This document shows positions 20,752 to 30,466 of a DNA stretch of 64,000 nucleotides, piece after piece. Numbering within the stretch: position 1 is the first letter of the stretch; every line of letters begins with the position of its first letter. The notes beneath the pieces were generated by a model, which did not search any database, was not told the DNA's origin, and saw only the letters and a list, made by a program, of their open reading frames with translations. Source of the DNA: Candidatus Omnitrophota bacterium (GTDB lineage: Bacteria; Omnitrophota; Gorgyraeia; Zapsychrales; Zapsychraceae); the NCBI GenBank assembly GCA_003528115.1, contig DOGZ01000014.1, positions 66,466-130,465 on the forward strand, in the 5' to 3' direction. A program made the translations under genes and the position numbers.

Positions 20752-21258
20752 ATGGAATGCCGGGAGATCAAAGATTTTATTTTGATGTTGATTGAAGGGG
20801 AACCGCAGGATCCGCGGCTTAACGAGGTTAAGGCGCATCTGGAGGTTTGCCCGTCCTGCCGGAAAGAGGCCGAAGCCCTTCAAAAGACCTGGCTCTTGCT
20901 CGGTGAATGGAAAGACATCGCTCCTTCTTCGGGTTACGTTTCTGAATTTTGGACAAAAATAGCGCAAAAAAAACCATGGCCTGAAAGGATCGCGGAGGGT
21001 CTTAAAAAGACGCTGATCCAGAAACGCCCCGCGCCTGTTTTCATAGGCGCCGGGATTTTGATGATCGTCATCTCTCTTTTTGCTCTCCGGAACTACTTTC
21101 AAGGACAGGAAGCCGAGCAGATGGTGGCTGCTCTTAATGAAGAGGAGATGGAGGTGTTCGAAAACATGGACATTGCGGAAAATTATGAGTTGATTGAAAA
21201 CATGGATTTACTGATGGAGTTGGAAATAATAGAAAACTTAGAGGCGTTACAAACATGA
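20752..21258 (+). CDS. anti-sigma factor, zf-HC2 type, single TM
   Basis: Directly after the ECF sigma gene; AGGAGG RBS precedes the ATG; C/H-rich motif H-X3-C-X2-C and one TM helix (FIGAGILMIVISLFAL). Confidence 0.6.
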   Translation: MECREIKDFILMLIEGEPQDPRLNEVKAHLEVCPSCRKEAEALQKTWLLLGEWKDIAPSSGYVSEFWTKIAQKKPWPERIAEGLKKTLIQKRPAPVFIGAGILMIVISLFALRNYFQGQEAEQMVAALNEEEMEVFENMDIAENYELIENMDLLMELEIIENLEALQT

Positions 21259-21968
21259 AATTGAAGAAAAGATTTAACCTGAATTGCGGAGTTGTCATCG
21301 TCAGTCTCTGCCTGGGAGGCGTGGCAGGGAGCGGCGTTGTGTATGCCAGTAACGATCTGCCGGGACAAGGACAACCCGCGGGAGAATCTAAACAAGAGAT
21401 AAATGATTCGATACGTGATAACGAAAGGCGGCCGAGGGAATTTCGGAAGAAATGGCGGCAGATGACGCCGGAACAACAGGAACGCTGGAGACAACGGTTA
21501 AGACAATGGAAAAACCTGGATCCGCAAAAAAAAGCTGCCGTCAAAAGAAAATTATGGCAGTATCAACGACTCTCACCGCAGGAACGGTCAAGGATTAGAG
21601 ATAATTGGTTGAAATACAAAAATCTCAACGAGGATCAGCGCCGTGCTTTGAAAGACAAATTCGGGCGATGGCAGAAACTGGATGAAAAGCAGAGACATTA
21701 TTTGAAAGAAAAATTTAACCACCTGAGGTCTCTGCCCTCGGAGCGCCGCCGCAATGTTTTGCGCAATATGGACAAATGGAAGGGCCTGACCGATGGGGAA
21801 CGGCGGTTTTTAAAAGAAAAATATCGACAGTTTCAAGACGTGTCTCCTGAACAAAGAAAAGGGCTTTTTGAGAGAAATCAGTCCCGGCAAAATCTTTCAC
21901 CGGCAAGGAAGGAATATCTGCGTCAAAGAATGAAGAGAGGGAGAGGGGAAGGATGGGGAAATCCGTAG
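21255..21968 (+). CDS. secreted repeat protein (DUF3106-like) co-encoded with the ECF sigma/anti-sigma pair
   Basis: Signal peptide, then degenerate ~25-aa repeats rich in W/R/Q/E (RWRQRLRQWKNL..., QERSRIRDNWLKYKNL...). Confidence 0.5.
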   Translation: MKLKKRFNLNCGVVIVSLCLGGVAGSGVVYASNDLPGQGQPAGESKQEINDSIRDNERRPREFRKKWRQMTPEQQERWRQRLRQWKNLDPQKKAAVKRKLWQYQRLSPQERSRIRDNWLKYKNLNEDQRRALKDKFGRWQKLDEKQRHYLKEKFNHLRSLPSERRRNVLRNMDKWKGLTDGERRFLKEKYRQFQDVSPEQRKGLFERNQSRQNLSPARKEYLRQRMKRGRGEGWGNP

Positions 21969-22118
21969 GCGGGGAGGCGAGGATTCGCCAGATGTTATTT
22001 GTCGATCGCAAGACAGGGAATGATGGCCGCATTCAAATAGGTAGAAATAGTAAAATATTTTTGTTAATATATCCGCGCTTGAAATTCTTGACGCAATAGG
22101 GGGAAGGGTGAAGGTAGG

Positions 22119-22892
22119 GTGAAAATCAGTTTTACAAAAAAAATCCATTGGACGGGGCTCCTCCTGGTTGTTTTGGGTTTGTGCGGTTTTTCCGACGTCA
22201 CATTAACCGACATTGAAACCGCCGTTATCCGACAGGATTACCGGGAGGGCAGACGATTATCTGAAGAATTGCTGTCGCGCCAGCCGGATAAGCCAACCGC
22301 TTTGGCGGCTTCGTATTATCTTGGCTTAAGTTGTGTTCTGATGGGGCAAGGGGCTGAGGCTAAAAAGATTTTCAAGAAATTGGAGAAAGAGACGGAAGAT
22401 CAGAATCTGCGGGATAAGGTTTATTTGGGGTTATTTGATGCCTATTACATGGAGGGCCATTTTAAAAAGGCGCTTGGGATCATTCAGAAATTACAACACA
22501 CAAGCGTTCAGTCGGAGTTCATGAGTTTAATTTATTTGAAATTAGCCCGGGTGAATTTAAAATTGACGAAATGGGATAAGGCGCGGGACTATTTGAAGAA
22601 AATCATTAATAATTATCCCAACAGTTTGGAGGTCCACACGGCCAGACAACTGCTGGAAGAAAAACAATATTTTGCCGTCCAGGTAGGCGCCTTTATCGAC
22701 CGTGAACGCGCTGAGAAACTGGTTTCTGAATTAATCCAAAAGCAAGAATACGCGTACATTGTTGAGACCCTCGACAGGCATAGCCGAACATTTTATCGTG
22801 TCCGCGTCGGCCAGTTATCTTATTTAGGCGAGGCCGAGAAATTAAGAAAAAAGTTATCCAAACAGGGATATCCTACCCAGATCTACCCTTAG
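22119..22892 (+). CDS. TPR-repeat protein with C-terminal SPOR (septal peptidoglycan-binding) domain
   Basis: Signal peptide, TPR-like helical repeats, C-terminal SPOR-like ~75 aa (FAVQVGAF...YRVRVG). Confidence 0.65.
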   Translation: MKISFTKKIHWTGLLLVVLGLCGFSDVTLTDIETAVIRQDYREGRRLSEELLSRQPDKPTALAASYYLGLSCVLMGQGAEAKKIFKKLEKETEDQNLRDKVYLGLFDAYYMEGHFKKALGIIQKLQHTSVQSEFMSLIYLKLARVNLKLTKWDKARDYLKKIINNYPNSLEVHTARQLLEEKQYFAVQVGAFIDRERAEKLVSELIQKQEYAYIVETLDRHSRTFYRVRVGQLSYLGEAEKLRKKLSKQGYPTQIYP

Positions 22893-22909
22893 CCGTTCGT
22901 TACCTAATA

Positions 22910-23848
22910 GTGTGTATGCTTCTTCCTGGAATCATTTTTATCGTCGGGCCAACAGCGGTTGGGAAGTCAGATGTCGCTATTGTTCTGGCCCAACGCATTC
23001 AGGGGGAAATTATCTCCTGTGATTCGATGCAGGTTTATAGGGAAATTCATATCGCCAGCAATAAACCATCTGGGGATGAGTTAAAGAGTGTTCCGCATCA
23101 TTTAATCGATATTATTTCTGTCCGCGACGAGTTTGACGTGGCGCGATTTAATCAATTGGCCTTGACGCACATCAAGGCCATTCATAGCCGACAGCGCGTT
23201 CCTATTGTTGTCGGTGGGAGCGGGATGTATGTGCAGATCCTTTTAGACGGGATTTTTGAAGGTCGGGGCAAAGACCCTGAATTGCGCCAGGCCCTTGTCC
23301 GGCAGGCCCACGAACTGGGACCGGACGTATTATATGAGAAATTAAAACGGATGGATCCGCAGGCCGCGGCCAGGACGCATCCTAACGATTTGAAGCGGAT
23401 TATCCGGGCCCTGGAGATTGTGCTGACGGAAAATAAATCCGTCTCGGAATTGCATAAAGAGCGCAAAGGTTTGTGGGGGCAATATCCCATTGATATTTTT
23501 GGACTCAATTTAGATAGGAAGGAACTGTATAAAAAGATAGAGGCGCGGGTTGACCATATGTTTCAAGTCGGCGCGGTCGAAGAGGTCAGGGCTCTTCAGA
23601 ACATGTCGTTGAGCAAGACCGCCGAATGTATCATTGGTGTTAAAGAAATCCGGGGATATTTAAACGGCGCGTATGCAGAGGGGGAGGCCCGTGATCTGAT
23701 GAAACTCCATACCCGCCGTCTGGCTAAACGTCAGTTAACCTGGTTTAGAAAAGATAAACGCGTTTTTTGGTTGATGCTGGATTCCCCAGAAACGCCGCGG
23801 CGGGTTGCGGAGAGAATTTTAGAACAACTTCAAATCAGGGAAGGTTGA
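22910..23848 (+). CDS. miaA: tRNA dimethylallyltransferase
   Basis: P-loop GPTAVGKS; classic MiaA (IISCDSMQVYR...). Confidence 0.9.
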   Translation: MCMLLPGIIFIVGPTAVGKSDVAIVLAQRIQGEIISCDSMQVYREIHIASNKPSGDELKSVPHHLIDIISVRDEFDVARFNQLALTHIKAIHSRQRVPIVVGGSGMYVQILLDGIFEGRGKDPELRQALVRQAHELGPDVLYEKLKRMDPQAAARTHPNDLKRIIRALEIVLTENKSVSELHKERKGLWGQYPIDIFGLNLDRKELYKKIEARVDHMFQVGAVEEVRALQNMSLSKTAECIIGVKEIRGYLNGAYAEGEARDLMKLHTRRLAKRQLTWFRKDKRVFWLMLDSPETPRRVAERILEQLQIREG

Positions 23849-23856
23849 ACAAGGGT

Positions 23857-25107
23857 ATGGAAAAGAACCATAAAGAAAAAGTCTTGCTGGTCATTGTTGA
23901 GTTAAAGAAACGGAAAAGCGGCTGGTCGACAAGCGAAATCCGCGACGAAATGGAAGCGTTAGTGGTCGCCTGCGGCGGAGAAGTGGTTGGGGATGTTATT
24001 TGCCCGCTGGCCACTCCGACGGCAAGATATTATATCGGTGAGGGAAAAGTCAAGGAAATAGCCCAGGAATGTGTTCTCAAAGAAGCCGATACGGTCATAT
24101 TTAATCATGATCTCAAGGGCACGCAGCAAAGGAATTTGGAAGAAAGTTTTAAGATAAAGACGATTGATCGCACGCAGTTGATTTTAGATATTTTTGCAAG
24201 ACGGGCCACAAGCCGGGAAGGCAAGATGCAAGTGGAACTCGCGCAGTTTGAGTATTTGTTGCCGAGGCTTGTTGGAAAAGGCGTGGAACTATCCAGATTA
24301 GGCGGGGGGATCGGGACGCTGGGCCCCGGCGAGACCAAGCTTGAGATCGACCGGCGGCGTATATCCGAAAAGATTACCCGGTTGCGCCAAGATCTCAAGG
24401 AAGTGGCTTCTGAGCGCGCGCTCAAACGGAAGAAACGCCAGGAATTCGGGACCCCGTCGCTGTCTCTGGTGGGATACACGAATGCCGGAAAGTCTACGCT
24501 GTTAAACACTCTGACGCAGTCTGATCAAGAAACGAAAGACGGTTTGTTTACAACGCTGGATTCTCTTTCCCGGCAGTTGGTTTTACCAAACCATCAAAAG
24601 GCGATTTTAACAGATACCGTTGGGTTTATGCATGAGCTGCCGCACCGTCTTGTTGAGGCGTTCAAGGCCACATTGGAAGAGGTGACGCAAGCGGATATTC
24701 TGGTGCATGTCCTGGATGTGAGTCATCCTCAGTTCCGTAATTTGTATGAAGCCGTCGGCGTCGTTTTAAAGGAACTTGAGGCTCAGGATAAGCCGACGAT
24801 TGTTGTCCTAAACAAAATCGATAAGCTGGACGATAGACATTGGGTACAGCATCTTCGTGAAAATTTTGAGCACGCAGTCGGCGTTTCGGCGAAAACGGGG
24901 GAAAATGTGTCGGAATTATTGGCCATGATCAGCGCGCTCTTATCTTCACGTCTTGTTGAGATTAACATTGACGTTCCGATCAGCCGGATGGATCTCGTGA
25001 ATCTGGCCCATGAAGAAGGTCAGGTCATTTCCGTAAAATATTATACGGACACGATTAATATTCGGGCAACGGTGCCGGTCCACCTGGCCGGGAAATTCTA
25101 TAAATAG
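23857..25107 (+). CDS. hflX: GTPase HflX
   Basis: HflX N-domain plus G-domain (GYTNAGKST, DTVGF, NKID); start at ATG 23857 (ORF open from 23767, overlapping the miaA end). Confidence 0.85.
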   Translation: MEKNHKEKVLLVIVELKKRKSGWSTSEIRDEMEALVVACGGEVVGDVICPLATPTARYYIGEGKVKEIAQECVLKEADTVIFNHDLKGTQQRNLEESFKIKTIDRTQLILDIFARRATSREGKMQVELAQFEYLLPRLVGKGVELSRLGGGIGTLGPGETKLEIDRRRISEKITRLRQDLKEVASERALKRKKRQEFGTPSLSLVGYTNAGKSTLLNTLTQSDQETKDGLFTTLDSLSRQLVLPNHQKAILTDTVGFMHELPHRLVEAFKATLEEVTQADILVHVLDVSHPQFRNLYEAVGVVLKELEAQDKPTIVVLNKIDKLDDRHWVQHLRENFEHAVGVSAKTGENVSELLAMISALLSSRLVEINIDVPISRMDLVNLAHEEGQVISVKYYTDTINIRATVPVHLAGKFYK

Positions 25108-25117
25108 CCGGAGTTTC

Positions 25118-26170
25118 GTGTTTAGGATTTTTAAAAGAATGACGTTTATATTTCTTTTTATCCGCGTAGCCGTTATTTTGTTTGTCTTCCTTGGCGCCCC
25201 GAGGATACTTTGGGGGATTGTCGAGACGCCCGCCACGGAGGGGAGACTTTCTCTTGAAGAACCTTCGGTTGATTTGACGGAATTGGGGGGCACCCCTGAA
25301 TCCGGGGAAACGAAATCGAATGGTATTTACAAAGAGCTTTATGAAACCGGCGAGGTCAAGCGGCGTCTCACGTATGAGAACGGCCTTCCCAACGGGCATT
25401 TTAATACGTACTACAAAAACGGGAAATTAATGGGCGAGGGCTTATATATTAACGGTATTTTAGAGGCAAAGGCCCGAAGCTACTATCCTAATGGATTATT
25501 AAAGTTGGAAGCTCATTATGAAAGAGGGGTCATTGACGGCGCTGTTAAGTGGTTTTATCCTGACGGCACAGTCCAGCGCATAGCCCATTATGAAAACGGG
25601 ACGCTCGATGGCCTTTTGACGGAATACAGGGAAAACGGACAGCCACAGTATGAAAGGAATTATAATCATGGGAACGAAGATGGCCTCGCCAAAGAGTACG
25701 GGCCAGAGGGTTTTCTTTTGAGAACGGCTTTTTATAAGAACGGGGTCCAGCAAGGGGTCATTCGTGAATATGATGAAAGTGGAAAGTTGAACAAGGCTTT
25801 TGATGCCCACCGCGGCGTTCCACGGGGAGTCATTAAAGAGTATTACGCGACGGGAGAGTTAAAAAGTAAGGGGGTTTTGAAAAAAGGCCGATTACAGGAT
25901 GGGGTGATTACGGAATACTATAGAACCGGTGAGGTCTTTCGGGAAATTTCCCTCAAGCAGGGCCGACGGGAAGGTATTTTCCGGGAATTTTATATCGATG
26001 GCGGGCTGAAAACTTTAGGGTATTATAAAAACAATCGGCGGGAGGGGATTTTTAAGACGTATTATCCTGATGGAACTTTAAAAAATGAGCGGAGTTTTCA
26101 AAACAATACGAAAATATTTAGTAAAAATTACGATACGTATGGTAACCTTATCCTGAATGACGACTATTAA
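25118..26170 (+). CDS. secreted MORN-variant (YwqK-family) repeat protein
   Basis: N-terminal hydrophobic signal, then >10 tandem ~23-aa repeats of the Y-x-NG-x-L / G-x-W-x-x-YYxNG type. Confidence 0.6.
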   Translation: MFRIFKRMTFIFLFIRVAVILFVFLGAPRILWGIVETPATEGRLSLEEPSVDLTELGGTPESGETKSNGIYKELYETGEVKRRLTYENGLPNGHFNTYYKNGKLMGEGLYINGILEAKARSYYPNGLLKLEAHYERGVIDGAVKWFYPDGTVQRIAHYENGTLDGLLTEYRENGQPQYERNYNHGNEDGLAKEYGPEGFLLRTAFYKNGVQQGVIREYDESGKLNKAFDAHRGVPRGVIKEYYATGELKSKGVLKKGRLQDGVITEYYRTGEVFREISLKQGRREGIFREFYIDGGLKTLGYYKNNRREGIFKTYYPDGTLKNERSFQNNTKIFSKNYDTYGNLILNDDY

Positions 26171-26215
26171 AAAAGATTCAATCATCGTGGAAAGGGATTT
26201 TCGTTAATTATTAAT

Positions 26216-26887
26216 ATGGTAAGTTTGATTATTATTCTTATTATTATTCTTTTTGTTGGAGGGATTATCCTTTTAGGCGAAGCCTCTCCGTTCAAGAGAA
26301 AATCTAGGCCTGAGATCCTTCGATCTTTGGCCAAATTTCTGGATGGGCGTCTTGAACCCATCGAACAGGCGGAAAATTCTTTTAGAATCCGTTTTACGTA
26401 TGAGGGGAGAGAATTTGTTTATGAGGATTGGGAGGAACAAGGAATCCAGAACACTATTTATAAAACGTATTTAAAACTTCAAACGCCCGGTAATTTCACC
26501 TTAAATTTTACGGAAAAAAGCCGGGGAGGTTCTGTGCGAAGTGATTTGATTCTCATTTCAAAGATTGACGCCAATTCGGTCTATAAAGACTCTAAAGTTC
26601 AAATTCCCAAAGAATTACAGGACTTTAATATCCACTCGAATAACCCTGTACTTCTCAATGATCTTTTCCAAGAGCCAAAGATAATAAAGATATTTTCTGA
26701 ATTTAAGAATAGAGATAATCGTGGCCGCCCGTTTATGACCCTAAAAATTATTGAAGGTGCTATTATTTTGGAGTTTCCTTACTCAGGTTTATACTATCCA
26801 AAGCCGCTCAACCTTCAGCCAAACTTTCATTCCTTAGAAGTTTATTTAGAGCGGTTATTCTTTATATCTAAGAAACTTATATCCTAA
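26216..26887 (+). CDS. hypothetical membrane-anchored protein
   Basis: 223 aa ORF; N-terminal TM (LIIILIIILFVGGIILL); no recognised domain. Confidence 0.4.
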   Translation: MVSLIIILIIILFVGGIILLGEASPFKRKSRPEILRSLAKFLDGRLEPIEQAENSFRIRFTYEGREFVYEDWEEQGIQNTIYKTYLKLQTPGNFTLNFTEKSRGGSVRSDLILISKIDANSVYKDSKVQIPKELQDFNIHSNNPVLLNDLFQEPKIIKIFSEFKNRDNRGRPFMTLKIIEGAIILEFPYSGLYYPKPLNLQPNFHSLEVYLERLFFISKKLIS

Positions 26888-26929
26888 GAACGCCTACCGG
26901 TATGGGGGCGCCTGGGTCAGAATTGAGTG

Positions 26930-26957
26930 TTGACAACAAAGACTTTTTTGTTATAAT
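26930..26957 (+). promoter_or_regulatory. sigma70 promoter of the hrcA-grpE-dnaK-dnaJ operon (-35 TTGACA 26930-26935, -10 TATAAT 26952-26957)
   Basis: Consensus hexamers with a 16-nt spacer, immediately upstream of CIRCE. Confidence 0.6.
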
Positions 26958-26963
26958 ACCGCC

Positions 26964-26990
26964 TTAGCATTCTCCTTTAAGGAGTGCTAA
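26964..26990 (+). promoter_or_regulatory. CIRCE operator (HrcA binding site)
   Basis: TTAGCATTC-N9-GAGTGCTAA matches the CIRCE consensus TTAGCACTC-N9-GAGTGCTAA; lies between the promoter and hrcA. Confidence 0.85.
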
Positions 26991-27003
26991 ATTTTCATGG
27001 AGA

Positions 27004-27750
27004 GTGAATATGACATCACGATTAGTGGATGTTAGAGCAAGGAAAGATAAAATCCTTGGAATAACGATTGATCAGTATATTAAAACAGTTTCACCTGTTA
27101 GTTCTATGTTTTTGGCCACTGAATACAATCTGGAATTAAGCCCGGCCAGCATAAGAAATATCCTTGCTGAATTAGAAGAAGACGGTTATTTGACGCATCC
27201 CCATACTTCAGCCGGCCGAATCCCTACTCAAATGGGATACCGGTATTACGTGGATCATTTGATGGATGAAATCCAATTGCTTGAAGAGGAAAAACAGCGT
27301 ATTAAAGCGGAAGTTGATCAAAACAGCATGGAACTAGAAGAGTTGCTGGATAAGACTTCCCGTGTTTTGTCGGATACGACCCATTATACCAGCATCATTT
27401 CTGTTGATGGATGGGGCAATAAAGTATTTTGCTGCGGAACCAGCTTTATTGTGGACTATCCAGAATACCAGGACATCAAAAAGATTGGGAATATCTTGAC
27501 CGCGTTAGATGAAAAAGAACAACTGCTGGGAATTATTAATCAAGATTTGGCGAAGAAAATTAATATTTATATCGGCCATGAAATGGCCTGTTCTGAGATT
27601 AATAGCTGTTCTTTGGTTGTTTCAAGATACCGGTCCAAGGAAGGAACGACTGGCCGGTTAGCTGTGTTGGGCCCCACCCGAATGAATTATGAACACGTAG
27701 TTTCCGCCATAGATTATCTCTCCCATCATTTAATGGAAGAAATTTTATAA
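27004..27750 (+). CDS. hrcA: heat-inducible transcription repressor HrcA
   Basis: 248 aa; position ahead of grpE-dnaK-dnaJ and behind CIRCE; N-terminal wHTH. Confidence 0.8.
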   Translation: MNMTSRLVDVRARKDKILGITIDQYIKTVSPVSSMFLATEYNLELSPASIRNILAELEEDGYLTHPHTSAGRIPTQMGYRYYVDHLMDEIQLLEEEKQRIKAEVDQNSMELEELLDKTSRVLSDTTHYTSIISVDGWGNKVFCCGTSFIVDYPEYQDIKKIGNILTALDEKEQLLGIINQDLAKKINIYIGHEMACSEINSCSLVVSRYRSKEGTTGRLAVLGPTRMNYEHVVSAIDYLSHHLMEEIL

Positions 27751-27756
27751 TTTGAG

Positions 27757-28365
27757 GTGTCCAAGGAAATGCAGGAAAATCCCCAGACAGATAGTTCAAA
27801 GGAAAACAACTCGCCATCAGGAGATCATGCGGCTGAGAAAGGTTTTCTTGATGAAAAACAAGAGAAGGTGGGACAAGAGAGCGCGCCAGATCCCATGATC
27901 AAGATTAAAGAGTCGGACTATAAAAAACTTAACGAAGAGGCGGTTCAGTATAAAGACCGGTATGTCCGGTTGTACGCTGAGTTTGAGAACGCACGTAAGC
28001 GCATGGAGCGCGAAAAAATAGAGTTTATGAAATACGCGAATGAGGAGCTTATTATCGAATTTTTAGCGATATTGGATAACCTGGAACGATCCATTGAAGC
28101 CGCTAAAACAAAGCATCAGGATTATGAGGCATTTCTTAAAGGGGTGGAAATGGTGATGACGCACATTCATGAAATGCTGAAGAAGAACGGCGTTCGTCCG
28201 ATTGAAGCCAAGGGAAAGATGTTTGATCCCCATTGTCATGAAGTCTTGATGCAGGAAGAGACAGATCTTTTTGAGGATGGAATTGTTATGGAAGAATTTC
28301 AAAAGGGATATTATCTTGGCGATAAAGTTGTTCGTACCGTTAAAGCCAAGGTGGCCAAGAAATGA
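27757..28365 (+). CDS. grpE: nucleotide exchange factor GrpE
   Basis: 202 aa; GrpE coiled-coil and C-terminal motif (RYVRLYAEFENARKR). Confidence 0.9.
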   Translation: MSKEMQENPQTDSSKENNSPSGDHAAEKGFLDEKQEKVGQESAPDPMIKIKESDYKKLNEEAVQYKDRYVRLYAEFENARKRMEREKIEFMKYANEELIIEFLAILDNLERSIEAAKTKHQDYEAFLKGVEMVMTHIHEMLKKNGVRPIEAKGKMFDPHCHEVLMQEETDLFEDGIVMEEFQKGYYLGDKVVRTVKAKVAKK

Positions 28366-28409
28366 AAGACAGAATCAGCATATCGTTGTGAGGTTAAAGG
28401 AGGACCGAC

Positions 28410-30347
28410 ATGGCAAGAGCAATTGGTATTGATTTAGGAACATCGAATTCGGCGGCCGCCGTTATGGAAGGTGGACGTCCAACGATTATTCCTTCGGCTG
28501 AAGGGGCGGGTGTGGCTTCGGGAAAGGCGTTTCCGTCTTTTGTCGCTTTTACGAAGGATGGGCAGCGATTGGTGGGAGAGCCGGCTAGACGCCAGGCTCC
28601 GATCAATTCGGAAGGGACCATTTACGCGGCTAAACGTAAAATGGGGACTAATGAGACGTTTAAGGTCTTTGGAAAAGAATTCACGCCCCAACAGGTCAGC
28701 GCTTTTATTCTGCAAAAAATAAAAACGGACGCGGAGAAATTTCTCGGTGAAAAAGTGGAGGAGGCTGTGATCACCGTGCCCGCGTACTTTAATGACAATC
28801 AGCGTCAGGCCACTAAAGACGCCGGAGAAATCGCCGGGCTAAAAGTCTTAAGAATTATTAATGAGCCCACGGCCGCTTGTCTGGCCTACGGATTGGATAA
28901 GGCCGGCAAAGAACAGAAAATTATGGTCTTCGATTTCGGCGGCGGCACGCTGGATGTTACTATCCTGGAAATGGGATGGGATGAGGAGCATAAGGCGGCA
29001 ACGTTTGAAGTATTATCGACAAGCGGGGATAATCATCTCGGCGGCACCGATATGGATAATGTCTTGATTGATTATATCGTCGGTGAGTTCAAGAAAGACT
29101 CAGGAATAGATTTGAAAAATGACAAAATGGCCTTTCAGCGGTTAAGAGAGGCAGCGGAAAAAGCTAAAGTCGAACTTTCGAGCACGGTTTCCACAGATAT
29201 TAATCTGCCGTTCATCACCGCCGATGCCAGCGGACCTAAACACCTGACGTTGACGATTGACCGGGCCAAATTGGAAGATTTGATTTCTTCCATTGTTGAT
29301 CGTTGCCGTGGGCCGATTATGCAGGCCATGAAAGATGCCTCCGACAAACTCGGGGAGAAGGTTCAGGTCGAACGCGTTATTCTCGTTGGGGGGCCGACAC
29401 GCATGCCCATTGTTCAGAAATTCGTTGAGAAAGAAATTGGTCAGAAAATTGAACGCGGAGTCGATCCTATGGAGTGCGTGGCGTTAGGGGCCGCTATTCA
29501 GGCAGGGATTATTCGCGGCGAAGCCAAGGAAGTTTTGCTTTTGGACGTCACGCCATTAACCCTCGGTATTGAGACCTTAGGAGGGGTTTTTACGAAATTG
29601 ATCGATCGCAATACCACGATTCCCATCAAAAAAAGCCAGATTTTCTCAACCGCCGATGATAATCAAACAGCGGTGACTATTCGAGTTCTTCAGGGAGAAC
29701 GGCAGATGGCCAATGATAACACGGAATTAGGACGTTTTGATTTGGTCGGTATCCCGCCGGCACCAAGAGGTGTTCCGCAAGTTGAGGTTACTTTTGATAT
29801 TGATACCGACGGTATCGTTCATGTCTCCGCCAAAGATAAAGGAACGGGGAAAGAGCAATCAATCCGGATTACAGCTAAAACTAAACTCTCGGACGCGGAA
29901 ATAGAAAAAATGGTTAAAGAGGCCGAAAAATATGCCGAAGAGGATAAAAAACGAAAAGAAGAGGTGGAATTACTTAATCAGGCCAATAGCCTTCTTTATT
30001 CGACGGAAAAAGCCGTGAAAGATTACGGTGATAAAATTTCAGCCGACGATAAATCCCATATAGAGAAAGAACTTGAGACCCTGAAAGAAGCGATCAAGGG
30101 CAAGGATAAGGATAAGATCAAGCATCACATGGATTCCTTGCAGAAGGCGAGTCATAAATTGGCGGAGGAAGTCTATAAATCAACGGCCTCACAACAGGCC
30201 GGTGGTTCACAGGCGGAGGGCTCTGCTGATCATGGGACGCATTCTGGGGGGGCAGATTCTCCGCATGGGCACAAAGGAGAATCCAAATCAGACAAAAACG
30301 ATGATGTCATTGACGCGGATTTTAAGGCCGAGGATGACAAGAAATAA
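28410..30347 (+). CDS. dnaK: chaperone DnaK (Hsp70)
   Basis: 645 aa; Hsp70 signatures [27 protein letters not shown]. Confidence 0.95.
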   Translation: MARAIGIDLGTSNSAAAVMEGGRPTIIPSAEGAGVASGKAFPSFVAFTKDGQRLVGEPARRQAPINSEGTIYAAKRKMGTNETFKVFGKEFTPQQVSAFILQKIKTDAEKFLGEKVEEAVITVPAYFNDNQRQATKDAGEIAGLKVLRIINEPTAACLAYGLDKAGKEQKIMVFDFGGGTLDVTILEMGWDEEHKAATFEVLSTSGDNHLGGTDMDNVLIDYIVGEFKKDSGIDLKNDKMAFQRLREAAEKAKVELSSTVSTDINLPFITADASGPKHLTLTIDRAKLEDLISSIVDRCRGPIMQAMKDASDKLGEKVQVERVILVGGPTRMPIVQKFVEKEIGQKIERGVDPMECVALGAAIQAGIIRGEAKEVLLLDVTPLTLGIETLGGVFTKLIDRNTTIPIKKSQIFSTADDNQTAVTIRVLQGERQMANDNTELGRFDLVGIPPAPRGVPQVEVTFDIDTDGIVHVSAKDKGTGKEQSIRITAKTKLSDAEIEKMVKEAEKYAEEDKKRKEEVELLNQANSLLYSTEKAVKDYGDKISADDKSHIEKELETLKEAIKGKDKDKIKHHMDSLQKASHKLAEEVYKSTASQQAGGSQAEGSADHGTHSGGADSPHGHKGESKSDKNDDVIDADFKAEDDKK

Positions 30348-30408
30348 GGTGTTAACAAAATAAAGAAAGTCAAGAGTGTAAATTATAGTCTTTGAATATA
30401 AATTAGAA

Positions 30409-30438
30409 GGGACGCGAAATCTCGCGTCCCTCCTTATT
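30409..30438 (+). terminator. putative intrinsic terminator/attenuator between dnaK and dnaJ
   Basis: 9-bp GC-rich stem GGGACGCGA/TCGCGTCCC with a 4-nt loop, followed by TCCTTATT. Confidence 0.45.
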
Positions 30439-30466
30439 GAATCCGCGGTTATTGAGAAGGTTTTAG

